This document shows positions 1 to 13,100 of a stretch of 64,000 nucleotides of DNA, in pieces. This stretch comes from Trichoplax adhaerens (Eukaryota; Animalia; Placozoa). Below the pieces are notes generated by a model, which made no database searches, was not told where the DNA came from, and saw nothing but the letters and a program-made list of their open reading frames with translations. Every line of letters begins with the position of its first letter. Position 1 is the first letter of the stretch. Location of the stretch: NCBI RefSeq assembly GCF_000150275.1, contig NW_002060944.1, positions 3,262,152 to 3,326,151 of the forward strand, read 5' to 3'. The position numbers and the translations under genes were made by a program.

Positions 1-902
1 GTGAAAAGAATCAATCAGTTCGTAGTGGTACCGAAAAGATCTCAAACTTGTTGTAGTACTGCCCAAAGAGTTAAATATTGATTCGTAAAACTTCAGCAGT
101 TTCGACCTCACTCGACGTTACTAACGAAGAATAATTATTCCTGTGTCATTCTATAGTTTAAAGATTGCGATATAGTAAATACGATAGCTAAGGTACTTTT
201 TTGACATCATGTTTAATCTATCCTCTTCCATTAGAAACTGCGGCTTGATTTCTAACCAAAAAATGCAGAAATTGAAGTTGTATCATATTTATAGTAGTTG
301 ACCATTAATGAAATGCATGTACAATGTTATGCTACGCTATGATAAGATTTCGCATAGATTAATTAAAGTAAACTGCACTAATCGCTCTGAAAGTATTTTT
401 GTGTGACCAGGTTGATTGCAGTAAGGTTGATTTACTAGTAGTCGAAGCCAGAATCTAATTGGATGAATCACATTAGCACTTTCTAATCCTATCATTAAAT
501 TACACATTGAAATAAATAGGGTTACGTCTTGACCTGCAACAGATCACTCGGCAAATACTGTTCAGTATTCTACCTTTGCCAGTTCGATCAGTCATTGCTT
601 ATAAGTAATTTCCGTTGTAATTGAATATTTAGTTTCCTACAAACATGCCTTCCTTACAAGTGATTACGTAACAGCGTGTAGTATTTCGCTCGACCCATAG
701 TAGTACGTCCTGACTGAATTGATGTAAGCGTTGCAGTATTTAGTGATCGCCACAGATATGTAAAATCAATTTCACTTAACTAAATATTACTCTTTAACCC
801 ATTTCCATACTATATAATTGCATTAGATTTTCTTGTTTATAAATTTTCGTACAGTATTAGCTATTTATTTTGTGTTATTTTCGATATGTGAACAAAAATT
901 AG

Positions 903-3900
903 ACCGTTTTATGATAACCCTGAAGTTGAAAAAGAAGAAGACATTTACGGAAATTTAGAAGACTTAGCAGAGTAAGTAAATTTATTAATTACAATTTATT
1001 TTTAGTATTTATGTTCACCTATTTTACGGCAATACAGTTATCGTGAAGATTATATTACAGTAAGAAATTGACTATACAGTACTTATAACTTAGTGTGTGT
1101 ACATACTGTACTGTATAGTTATAGACTACTTGATGAAAGTTTTTAAACCTAGTATAACACAGAATATCCTACAAATATGAGATACTTCACCTCTGTTTGC
1201 TATAACTATATGATGAAAATCAGAGGAGATTTATATTTTGATAAATATGCTTGTCAAATTTGTACATATAATTGGTTTTAGTTATATTATGCTATTTGAT
1301 TTAACAAACTTTTTAAATCTGAAATAGTATTATATGCTAACTTTTGATATTAAAATTATATAGCTCACCTTATTCCATTACCTTACAAACGCTCATTGTC
1401 ATTTACGAACTATAATAATAATAAATGAATTTTTTCTCAGTAATGACTTTCAATGATATTTAATTATTAAAAACGATTTTAAATGTATTATACTTATAAA
1501 ACATTTACTATTGTTAAAATTGTACAGCACAAACGATATCATCGATCAAGAACCCGTTTATGATGTCGTGTATGATGATGTCAACGATAAGATTTACGAT
1601 ACGTTCTTCCCGAAAAGAGACGAGGTATATTTGATATATCTTTAATCATAGTCTTCATGAATCGATTCCACTTATATTTATGAATTATATTACTCATTAT
1701 CCATTGATACCAACTTCCTTTCTTTCGTAATAATTTTCCTTATGTTTACAGTGAAAAATTTAGTAAATATCATACTACTTATTTAGCACTGATTTAAATA
1801 AAGCCATTTTGAGATCTTCTTAGTTATGTTGATCATGCTGTATATAGGAAACACCGAAGAAAGAGAAAAGAATGTACGTTTTTGAAGAGCTATGCAATAC
1901 AGAAGCCCATTACGTTGGGTACTTACGAGCTATACTGGTAAAATATGCTCTTCATACTTTTATTGGACTTTCAGATCTTCTTCAACCCCGTGCTCATATG
2001 AAAGTAATGATTCTGTTTTCAATAAAGAATATTTGCGCGTATTTTTTTCAGAAATTTATGGATGCCGTACAAAGTATAATTTCTCATCAAGAATCATGTA
2101 TTTTATTTATTAACACTAAGGTAATAATCCAACTTTTGCATTGTCTTTGAAGTTAAGATCTTGTATATCATACATATCGCTAATGCTCTAATTAATGTAG
2201 GACTTACTGGCAGCCCATATGAAATTCTTAGATCGTTTATTAGCTGCTCAGCGAAATAATGGGGTGGAAATCAGTGCCTGCTTTCAATCGATCGTAAGTT
2301 TTTATCTACTAATATCCTTAAAAGAAATAAGTATCCATCCACGACTCATAACTTCACCAACGTGCTATTACAGAGAAACGATTTATTTCAATACGGAGAG
2401 TATTGCTCTAATTATATGAATGCTGTAAATAAGGTTAGTAATAATGGATAACTTGCCTTTTTATTATTGATTTTGCAATATCATAACTAATCTCTTTTCT
2501 TTCGACTTTTTAGCTTGATGATATGACACAAAAGCGATATGATTTCCGATTTGTTTTAGACGTAATTTTCTATTGATCAATTTACTATTATACCTACTGT
2601 ATGTTGTATTCTACCAATGCAATTAATATTCGATATCAATATTTGGTGTTGCTGCGATTTATAGTCTGTCGCAGATGGAATGAGTGATCAATTATCAAGT
2701 AAACGATGTACATTGAAAGAACTCTTAATCCTACCTATGCAAAGAGTTCTTCGATATCCACTCCTCGTATCGGTAATAGGACTTTAAATATATTAATTAT
2801 TATAAATAGTGTTTTTTGGATTGATTTCCCAATAAAATCATGAAATCAAACGTAGATTGACATTTAAATCAAAATTATAGGAGTTAGTGAAATCTACGCC
2901 GTCATCTCATTCTGATTATGCAAATTTGCAGAATACATTAATGGTTTTGCAGGTAAATAAGTTCATGCTACTTTAATTGTAAACATCATAATGACATTAG
3001 AATTATGTTGAATGGTAATATTCCTTCTTCCAAATATTTACAGGATATAGCCCATTGTATCAATGAAATTAAAAGAGACAACGATGATTTATCTGTCCTT
3101 GATCAATTAAATTCCAGGTAAGACAAACTAAAATACTATAGTAACTATTCAACATTCGAAATTACTTACTTACCTTACCTGATTTGTCATTGAAATCATT
3201 TTCATTTTAGCATCGTAAGAAGCCAAGAGGTGTGTATGCTCTTACAACAAATCTCTATGTTTACTTCATAAATAAATTAATTTATTAATAACATCTATTA
3301 ATTGAAATATAGGGAACTACTTTGCCTGACATTTTTGGAATAGGACGTCTAATTTCAGATGGTGACCTTAGCGTTAAAATCGTCGACGATAATAAGAAAC
3401 CCCCAAAGTCGTATGTTAAGGAGATGCCTATTCTTATATATTAATGCTTAGAAATCATAAAGTCTTTGTCGGGTATTGTGCCTGTAACATACTCATGATA
3501 ACTAATAATTGTCATTGTAGACGTTACTGCTTCCTGTTTGATTTAGCGCTACTTATTTGCAAGAAAATTGGCGTAAGTAACAGATAACGCATTTTAAAAG
3601 GAAGAGAAACCTTATTGTTGATTAATGGCATGGCGTATGTTTGTAGAATGATATGTATTCCTTAAAAGATGCATTATGGATAACGGAATGTAATGTCGAA
3701 GAACCTAAACCTCAAGGAAGAAGTAAAAAGGTAGAGGTTTAGTGTTATTATTGTTTAAAAACTCTACATTCAAAATTAAATTTAAGATCCAAAATTAATC
3801 AATATTATTCGTATATAGCACTTGGTCATGTGGCAAATGCATTCCACTAATGAAAAAAGAGGTATATATGGCCACCTCAGAATCATTTACTCTTACTCGT

Positions 3901-6449
3901 ATTTTACTAAAATATACACTTCGTAGGTCAAGAACTATGGCTATTTCAGGCCAAAAATGAAAGTGATAAGAAAAAATGGATAAAACTCTTACAGAAGGCA
4001 AAGTATGTACATCCTTCAGCGTAAATAAACTGTATCTGTAATCCTGTAAATACGAGTATTATTATAAAAATCATGCCACTAAATAATTAATTATGTCTTT
4101 TAAATTACAGGAGTAAAGCTTCACCTGATGACGCCAAGAATGGTAAAAACTGTACTTAAATTATTTCAGTATATGTGTATAATTTTTTGGTTGTAAAAAT
4201 TTATTCAATTTTCATGCAGGAGGACATCAGTTTGAATATTGCACTGTTCCAGTATCCTCTGTATGTGAATATTGCGGAAAGTTGTTATGGTAATGAACAG
4301 TTTAAGTATTATTGAACGTGTATTCAGTGCAATGAAAATCAGCTCACTATAGGATAATCTATGTTTCTTTTATAGCGGAAGAGTATACCAAGGCTATCGC
4401 TGTAAAAGTATGTCTTTTATAATCTTATGTAATCCAATCTCAGCTTAGTTTATCTTGCAAAGTAAATCTGCAAATCTGTTAATCCTTATCTTTAAATTCT
4501 TCCTGATCTGAAGCAATAACTGTTTAAATATTTTATGTAGATTGTGGTGTCTTGAGCCATAGGGAATGCTTGTCAAAGGCAGTAATATGTTCCTATACAG
4601 CCAAAAGTTAGCCTTCTAAGATTGAGCTATGAATTCATTTATATGTTATTCTGTATCCATTTTAAATAACTTGATCAAACTTATAACCACTAATAGCTCC
4701 CATTGGACGAAGGTATTCATCGTCGGATGACAACGTATGTCAGCTATGAATGTGATACTTAGTAAGCAGAAAGAGTACAAGCTAATAATAGTATGTCCGC
4801 AATCATAATATCAATTTATAGACTCTGGAGAGAAAAGCAGCAAACACCAGGTCTTCTATGGCTTTACCAGAATTACCATCTCAGGTTAAACCTGCTACCG
4901 CACGCATCCGAGAAATACAGGTAACTTCATCTTACCAAGATATAAAGTACTATCTTTCTCGAATTGAAATTAACAATTTCACTTTAAGTAATGGATGTTT
5001 CTCAAAAATTTTTTAGGCCCGTCCAATTCCAGAATTGTAAGTTTATGTGTATTTTTTTAATAGCGAAATTCAGTGGTAAAATTCATACAATTAATTAAAG
5101 ATCTATTAATGAACCCGCTATTTCCTCAGGCCTGCAGAAGACAATTCTATAAACTCTTCTGAAAGTAAACGAATCCAGGTTTTAGAATCATATGATTGGT
5201 AATGATCTTATCGCAGATGATGCTTTCTTACGAAGCATTACATGATTACACTTTACAATGTGCTGCTGACGGAAACTTATTATTTATTATCAATTGTAAC
5301 TAATGATAGGTTTGTTGGAAAGAAAGGACGCAACGACGTCAAATTTACTGGTATAAACCTAAACGGAATATTTGTTGTAAGAGAAAGTGAAAGACGTGTG
5401 GGAGAACTAACTCTTGATCTTCAGTAAATATTTTAATACTATATAACTAACGCTATTTGATATAAGTTTTAGAAATTCATAGAGATTATTTAAGACTTTT
5501 CCTGTAATTGTGCTTATTCAGATTTAAAGGTATCATAAAGCACATAAAAATAATGTACGAGAATGAAGAGTATTATCTGGTTGAAGTAAATCGGTTCAAA
5601 AGCTTACCTGTAAGATAGTAACAATGGTAATTTTATATTCTCGAATTTAGATAACGGTACCAAAATATTTGCTGTATATATACTCGTTTATAGGATTTGA
5701 TCGAATACTACAAAAGTATATCGCTAAAGGAGAGTTTCCCGGAACTGAATACAAATTTAATAATGTCTTTTAAAGAAGCTCAAAATTTGAAAAACAATCG
5801 TAACATGCAAGGCAAATCAAGTAAATAGATCGAAATTTTTACTTCATGTTTCTGCCTATTAATTATGGTTATAATTTTATAATTTCTTTTGTATATAAAT
5901 ACGATATCAAAACAGTATCATAGGTATTATGCTTTTAAAGCTGCTTAGCAAGCCGTAACTTTGAAATAGCACTTAGCTTTCTATGAACATATTTTTTTAG
6001 AATTCGCTATCGCCCTATATAACTTTGATGCTGAAAATGAGCAAGAACTATCACTTAAGGTAAGATTATCGTCTGTCCCTTAAATTATATATTTTTACTT
6101 CAGATTTGTTGGTATCATTTTTAAATGGCAATAAATTTTATCACTGACAATATCTTAGATTAATGACAAGATTAAATTAACAACTACTACGTGTACAGAG
6201 ATTGGTTGGTTACATGGTGCATGCAACGGAAAGGTAGTATTATCTAATGCAAAAATTATTATTATAAATTGATATACCGTTATTAGTAGATGTGCTCTCA
6301 TACTTTACAGACTTTTATTGGCTCACTAGGCTATCTTAGCTAATCGAATTTAATTATCTTTTAATTTGTTATATTTTGTTCCTCAGACTGGTTTCTTTCC
6401 ATCAAAGTACGTAGAAATTGAGTACTCTGATGATGAAAAATCTTCCTAA
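903..6449 (+). CDS. VAV: Vav-family guanine nucleotide exchange factor (acidic-DH-PH-C1-SH2-SH3), multi-exon; 5' CH-domain exons not found in window
   Basis: Spliced exons give: acidic region with three Tyr sites (EEDIYGNL, QEPVYDVV, NDKIYDTF); DH (RMYVFEELCNTEAHYVGYL, LKELLILPMQRVLRYPLLV, INEIKRD); PH (RYCFLFDLALLICKK, WIKLL); C1 (HQFEY..CEYCGKLL..QGYRC..C..SHRECL); SH2 (WFVGK..GIFVVRES); C-terminal SH3 (ALYNFDAENEQELSLK..GWLHG..GFFPSKYV). Stop TAA at 6447-6449. Confidence 0.93.
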
Positions 6450-7182
6450 CAAAAATTTGCATCAAATTTGTTTAAATTTTGAAAATCTTTCATGTAGTGG
6501 AATATTTATATCCATGATAAATTGTTAATTTCGGTAATTGGATTCACAATGATTGGAAAGTAAATATCTTGCGTTCAGGTCTTAATATCTGTAAATATGT
6601 TAATGCAAAACTAGTGGTTAAGGCAGGATGCCAATTTTTAATTGTATATTTTTTTAGAAGATTTATCATATATTGATGCCATAGTATACAGTATATACTA
6701 CTGAAGTTCTTTCGGCATTATATCTTTAATTTATAACTGGTTATTTCATCCACAATATACAGAGATCAAAATATTGAGTTATAGTTGGTTGCATGAAGGT
6801 TTCTATTACTTCTATATTATAATAATATAGTATTTATTTTCAGCTACAAATTTCTTGAATTAGAGTAATAAGCTGCCAATTAATTTAAATGTTCTATTTT
6901 GGTTTGGCCTAGAAGAATGATTTTACAAGCTTACCATGAGTCATGACTTGAATTATGAATATAGAATTAAACGATGCATCAGAATTGAATATGATATAAT
7001 TGCTATGAAAAAGATGGAACTTTTTTGTTAAGCTCTGCTAATATTACCGATATTAGCCAGGAAAATTAAACAAACTTTCTTGAAAATGTTCTCAAGACGT
7101 TGCATTAATCTTTGACATACATGCTTTCATGATTTTCAAAATACTACATACATGAATTACGGGCATAAACGCACGTTTATCG

Positions 7183-10100
7183 TTAAATATAGAAAAAGTA
7201 GCCATTTTCGTTATGATGTTGTAAATCGTATTCAGTTATATATTCTTTTATAAATGCTAGCAATCCTCTTCTTCCACTCTAAAATCCAAGAAACATCGTG
7301 ATTCTTACGATTAGTACTCCTTATTTGATTTACAGTATTCAGTACTTTTCTTTAATCATTGAAACAAGGACTATTAATAGCGCATACAGCCTGATTAAGG
7401 CATAGTTAGAGAAAAGCACTGAATACTGTAAACTAAATAAATTTTAGCTATTCTATGATTGTTAATGATACAGTAAATGTATGCAAGTTTAACTTCCTTC
7501 GTAGTTACCTTAATCAACATTCTCTTTACATTTGTTGATAAATCCGATTCGGAGGGTGCAATAAAGTAAGAATTGATACCAACCGTGCGAACTAAATCAT
7601 CTTCCTGGTTAAAAAGGATTAGAGAGAATTAAGTGCACAACATTTGCGTACATAGACGACTTGCACCATGATCTTCTAGTTTTATTGAAAATCGCAATAT
7701 CAATGATTTCACCCTACTTTTAGAAATCGTTTTGTGCAGGATATTCGTATGGTATCCTGCATGGAGAAAAGTGGTTGATTACTTTGAGCTTAATGATTTA
7801 TACACAAATTGCTAGTTGCTTGAATGCATCGGAATCATCGTCTATGCTATACTATGTATGAATTTCAGCAGTAGCAAAGGAATAACCAAATTTTAAATTG
7901 TTTTGAAAAGAAATGTCGATGACATAGAGAGATAATACTAAAAGCATCAGTTAGCTAAAAATCACTTTTTTCACTAATTTGAACGATTCTTAGTCATCAT
8001 CAGCAAAATGATTCAATTGGAAGCGAAGTGTTCAAAACAATTCTTTACTAGTTCATCGAGACATTTAATTCTGTGGCAAATAATTTAAAACATAAATTAA
8101 ACTACCATTTAGCACCCAAAAGTTGAATTGAATCAATGTGTTAATGTATTTTTTCAATTTGGCTTATGGCAATATTATTATACGATTTGAGCGACACAAG
8201 CTGATCTACAGTAGACGTATACTATTATTGTAATGTATCATAAGAGTAATCAGAAATGCTGCTATGAAAGCATATTATCATCCATAGGGTTAAGTACGTT
8301 TAGAAAATATTGATATACCGACGCTTTAAAAGCAACTATTATTTCGGATTAAGCTTCAAGCCATTTCCTAAAGGTTACAGCTACTCCATTAAAAAACGCC
8401 AGTATTTTAATTGAAACTTACAGTAATAGCATATTCGACTTGATCAGGATGAGAAATTTCTCTTCGTTGGTAACCCATCAGGAATGATTCTTTATAATAA
8501 TCATTACGGTCCAATGTTGCTAATAATTCTCGAATAGTTATCTAGAATAAAGCGTAGATGAATCCGTGGAGAATTTAAATTAATTGTAATTATGAAAAAT
8601 AAATTATCAGAAGATACCGTAGTCTACGAACTTTATAAACGTAATAAAAGTAATAATATATGGCTGAGCCTTGTCTTAAAAATGAATTTGTAACCATTTG
8701 AACCCCGAGAGATGCTAATACAATTCCCTACTTACAATCTCATCATATCGCTTTAATTGGTTGCAAATTCCCCTGATCATTAACATTGTTATATCAGTCT
8801 CTGTTGAATTTTCAGATTTCAATAAGCCTTCAGGACAATCACATAAGCTGTATAGAATTTCTAGTTCTTCATGATGTAGCTACAGATTACGGAATAAAAA
8901 ATGAAATCTGAATTTAATTTGCCCTGGTTGATGTTCTATAGCACGTATAATGCTAAAAACTATAATGAGTATACAGGTACGTCTATCAGGCATCCGCAAG
9001 CACCTCATAAAAAAATTTGTTATACATGCTCAGAATAAGACGAACCTCTCTCAAGACCATTTCGACATCCTTAACTCTATATCCTCGAATATGCTGTATT
9101 TGCCTGTGTGATCTGATTAATTCCTAAATGCGACGTTAATTGTAAGACGTATTAAAAATAAAGCTTGTACACAGTTTTCCATTGCAAGACTGTTTGCTAT
9201 ATTTGCGTATATGTGTACATTATTGAAAGTGAATATAAGTAAAGATAATTGTAGCTCTATAAATCTAAAGATTTCCGCTAAGATAGCAAAATAGCACAAT
9301 GATCTATATGATAGCAGTGAAGCAAAGATATAGTATTAGGCTAATATATTTTAGCAACTTATATGCTGTAAGCGTTTTATTAACGCTTCCAAGAATGCTA
9401 TCTGCAATCAAAAAACCTATTCCTGAAATGATTAGCTATTGGCATGAATGTATGTATTAAGCCCAGCAATATTAATGCTAAAAGCTCGAATACTTAGTAT
9501 AAATGACTTCAATGAAAGTGTACTACTCTGGCGGTCTTTACTCTGAATTTAATACCATTTTCAGTGTGCAATATCTTAACCTATGGAAAAAATAGTATTA
9601 AATTCGGAGTATAGATTGTCAGAGGGGTGCTTCGTTATTGATATCATTTATGCCAAATTTCAGAATTGTCAGCATTAATACAACTGGGCCTGATGTACAT
9701 TACCTTGTGTAATTGATGTAATTTTGAGAGGAATTCACTATCCTTCTCAGAGTCGAAAGCTTTTGCTACCTGTTTGTCGATTGGTAAGTTAGACTTGAAT
9801 GGAGTCGCGTACATAAACTATCATAATTTCTCATCACTTATAGCGTTAATATACGTACCCATCCACGAAATTTGATCAAATCATCTTGCATCATCTTGTA
9901 TTAGCGTTTATAAATTGGCAAGCGAGAATAATTAACTTGATGGCATAAACTATTGAAATGGGAAAGAAATATGTAACTACCACATCTTCTTTAGAATAGT
10001 TGATCCTGTCTATCAGTGCTCTGTAACTCTGACATCCTAAAAGATCCAAATCTTCTCGGCTCATCTTCAGAGGAAGTATAATGGGAAAAAAATTGACCAT

Positions 10101-13100
10101 TATGCCATAAGAATATAGTTAAGAGGGGTTAATAATATCAAAGTTAGCTAATAGTATCCCACGTCCTATCAAAATGTATACTAACTATTTCTATTAATTT
10201 GTTCTCGACACTATCCATATGAAAATATATTTCCTCAATAACTCGGACTTTAGAATCATCCAGTTTTTGTAAAGCCTTTAGTTGATCAAATAAGAATTAT
10301 TTCAGGCGTCATTTATTTATTTTTTCCAAGAGATGGGATATTTTAACAGTATGATGCTAATCCACTCATGGTGTGAATTAAATTTTGAATACTAACTTGA
10401 ATGAGATGACGAAAGGTTTGAATTGACTTTTGATATTCCAATCTCTTATTATATGCATCCATCCTATCATTAAAATATCATTATTATATATGTACGCATA
10501 TAAAGCTAAGAAAGTGATGAGATCTAAATTATGATAATATCGTATAATTTAAAGACAGGATCTAGCTTGAAGTAAGCTAGATGCTATTGCATTTCACTGT
10601 ATCTTTAAAATATGGAAAAAACCTATTTTAATTTCAGTTAAAAATAAATAAGTCATATTGTAGCTGGATTAAACCATCATTTCTTAGATTTCTAATAACT
10701 TAGTTATAATATAAAATATTTTTAAAGTAGTATCTTATTTTAAAATGGCGATGCATGATAATGATCGATTAGGTTTACTACAATTGAATTACCGTATCCG
10801 GTAGCTTATAAAAATAAAAATAAATTGTTCATATTCAAGCATCAGACGATAAAGGAAGATTAGGAAGTAGTACTCGATAGATATAATATCTAATAGCCTT
10901 TTCTTCTTGTTGTACCCACCTTTCATTAATAGCAGGCTGTCCTTTGGTTGAAACTGTGGGATAAGCATGTTGCAATTCTGATATAAGATTACTTTTAAAG
11001 GCGAAATTCTCCCGCTGCATTAATGATTGTTCGAATATTTCTGGTTCATCCTCTGAATACTAATAATAACGTAATTCTATTTTAATACTAGTTTGGGTGC
11101 AAGAAGCTTAATATTAATCAATGTAACCAGTTAAACATACTAGTAAAAACCCTAATGTTTTACTGTCTTGGCCAGGAATACAACGAAATTTTGTATCGTG
11201 AGTATTTATTAATTTTTCATATTTTGCTTTATATTCAAATGTACTCTTTGGCTTGTCCATACAAAGCCACCAGCCTGCAACATTAGATTCCGATGGATCA
11301 ATTTGACGAATAATTTCAAATAAAAGAACATTCGTTTTTTTTCTTATACAGATTTAGAAGTTCACATCCTCTAATTTTACACTAAAATCCTTATTTATTG
11401 AATTAGTTTTCCACTGGCAATATTCAACGTTCTTTACTCCGAGATGGAAAACAAAAGTTTCTCGCTATCTCAGTATTGGTCTAGGATTAATATCGATCAT
11501 TTCCATACCGCAGTGTAAACGTATCTGTATTACTGCATGGCATATGCCGCAATATAAACGTTATTTAGCCATTTTAGTCTCTTAAATAGACGTAAGTGGC
11601 TGTCAAGAGAATCGAATAAGAAGTCATCTAATAGCTAAACTTGAAGTATCTAACACAAAATTCACCACCTACATTCACTTATACTCTACAGTCTCTCCAA
11701 GCCATTTAATTAAATATTTAGAATATTTCATTACTACTGTAGGATTACTGTATAATTTATCAGAAAGAAAATCAAGGAACATTCTTTATCGTACACTATA
11801 ATTATCTTACCGTCAAATGCATGTAAAGGATAGTTACATGTTAAGCCACCTTTAATATAGATATCCTCCATACTATCACGTTTAGTACCTTGAGTTGGTG
11901 ACGTTGAATGGTTGGATTTCTTACTTGGTTCAATTTGGTTAGGGATTATTAATTCGCCATTACAATACTTCAAGGCTATACGCGTATTATTGTATACACG
12001 GGTTTCAGGACAGTTTACTTTTACTAACGATAGGATATAGCATGTTGATAAAATAGTAGAAAGCAACTTATACCTTGCGATGTCATGGACAGTTCAACAG
12101 CAACATGAATTGGAACGTTTGGTGTAGTCTTAGGATGAAAATATTGGACATCTAATCGATTTAAATTGGTTACTACCACACATAATTGAACCTTAGTAGC
12201 ACTATATAGCTGAAAAATAAAGAAATCAGTGAGTTAATTAAGCCATTTTAATAGCTATAAAATTTATTCATATTTAGCCAACCTATAAAAGCTATTTTAC
12301 CTGTTTAAATGTTACTCCTCGACTACGGTCGTCCAATTTTCCCTGCAAAATAGGTCCATTTTGCAACTGATCTTTTAGGAAAATGGTTGCTTTTCGATGA
12401 TTATTCCATCTGTTGGATCGTCGAATGATGGGCAAATCACGATATCCACTAGGTAGCTTCTTCTTTGTGCCTAATCAGTCATGATAATATTCATACTCTA
12501 CTTTATCTGTCACTGGCAGAATGATAATTAGCTCATTAGCTAGATATTTTGTTAGCTTTCTATTTGCTTTACTTATTACGTTAAAAACTACGAAAAATAA
12601 GAGCTCGAAGTCGATTAACAGGCTAAAGCCTACGTTCAGTATAAGTGTTTTGACATTATTTTTTGACGCGTCTCAGTCTATCTACGGGTATACAGTTCCG
12701 TCGATTTAATTTAATACCATTCGTTACAAAGGCAGTTTCTTAGAAATAACCTTTCTTGCGATTGCTTTCTAAACAGCTAATACTTAAGAGAGATCTATTT
12801 CTGGATAATTAATAGTAATCTCCACATTATCGTACAGACTTAGCAGGTGTATTTTCCAAAGTGGATAAACCCATCTAGATATCGTAAAAATGGAATAAAT
12901 AGCTTCCGCTTTACCAAGATCACTCCATAATTTTATATTCTTACAGTAAATCTAGACTTTCTCCTTCTAAAGTAAACCAATTTTCTTGATATCGCCAAGA
13001 TACATTTTAATGGATAACTGCTAAAGTATTAAGGTCACTACCACAGTTTTAAATTGTTACGTAGAAATTCAGCCGACATACTATTTAGGGTTGATATATA

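Noticed and set aside
157-192. Possible micro-exon FKDCDIVNTIAK as part of the Vav CH domain
   Set aside because: AG/GT flanks are present, but similarity to the CH sequence is unconvincing and the phase does not fit directly with the exon at 903.
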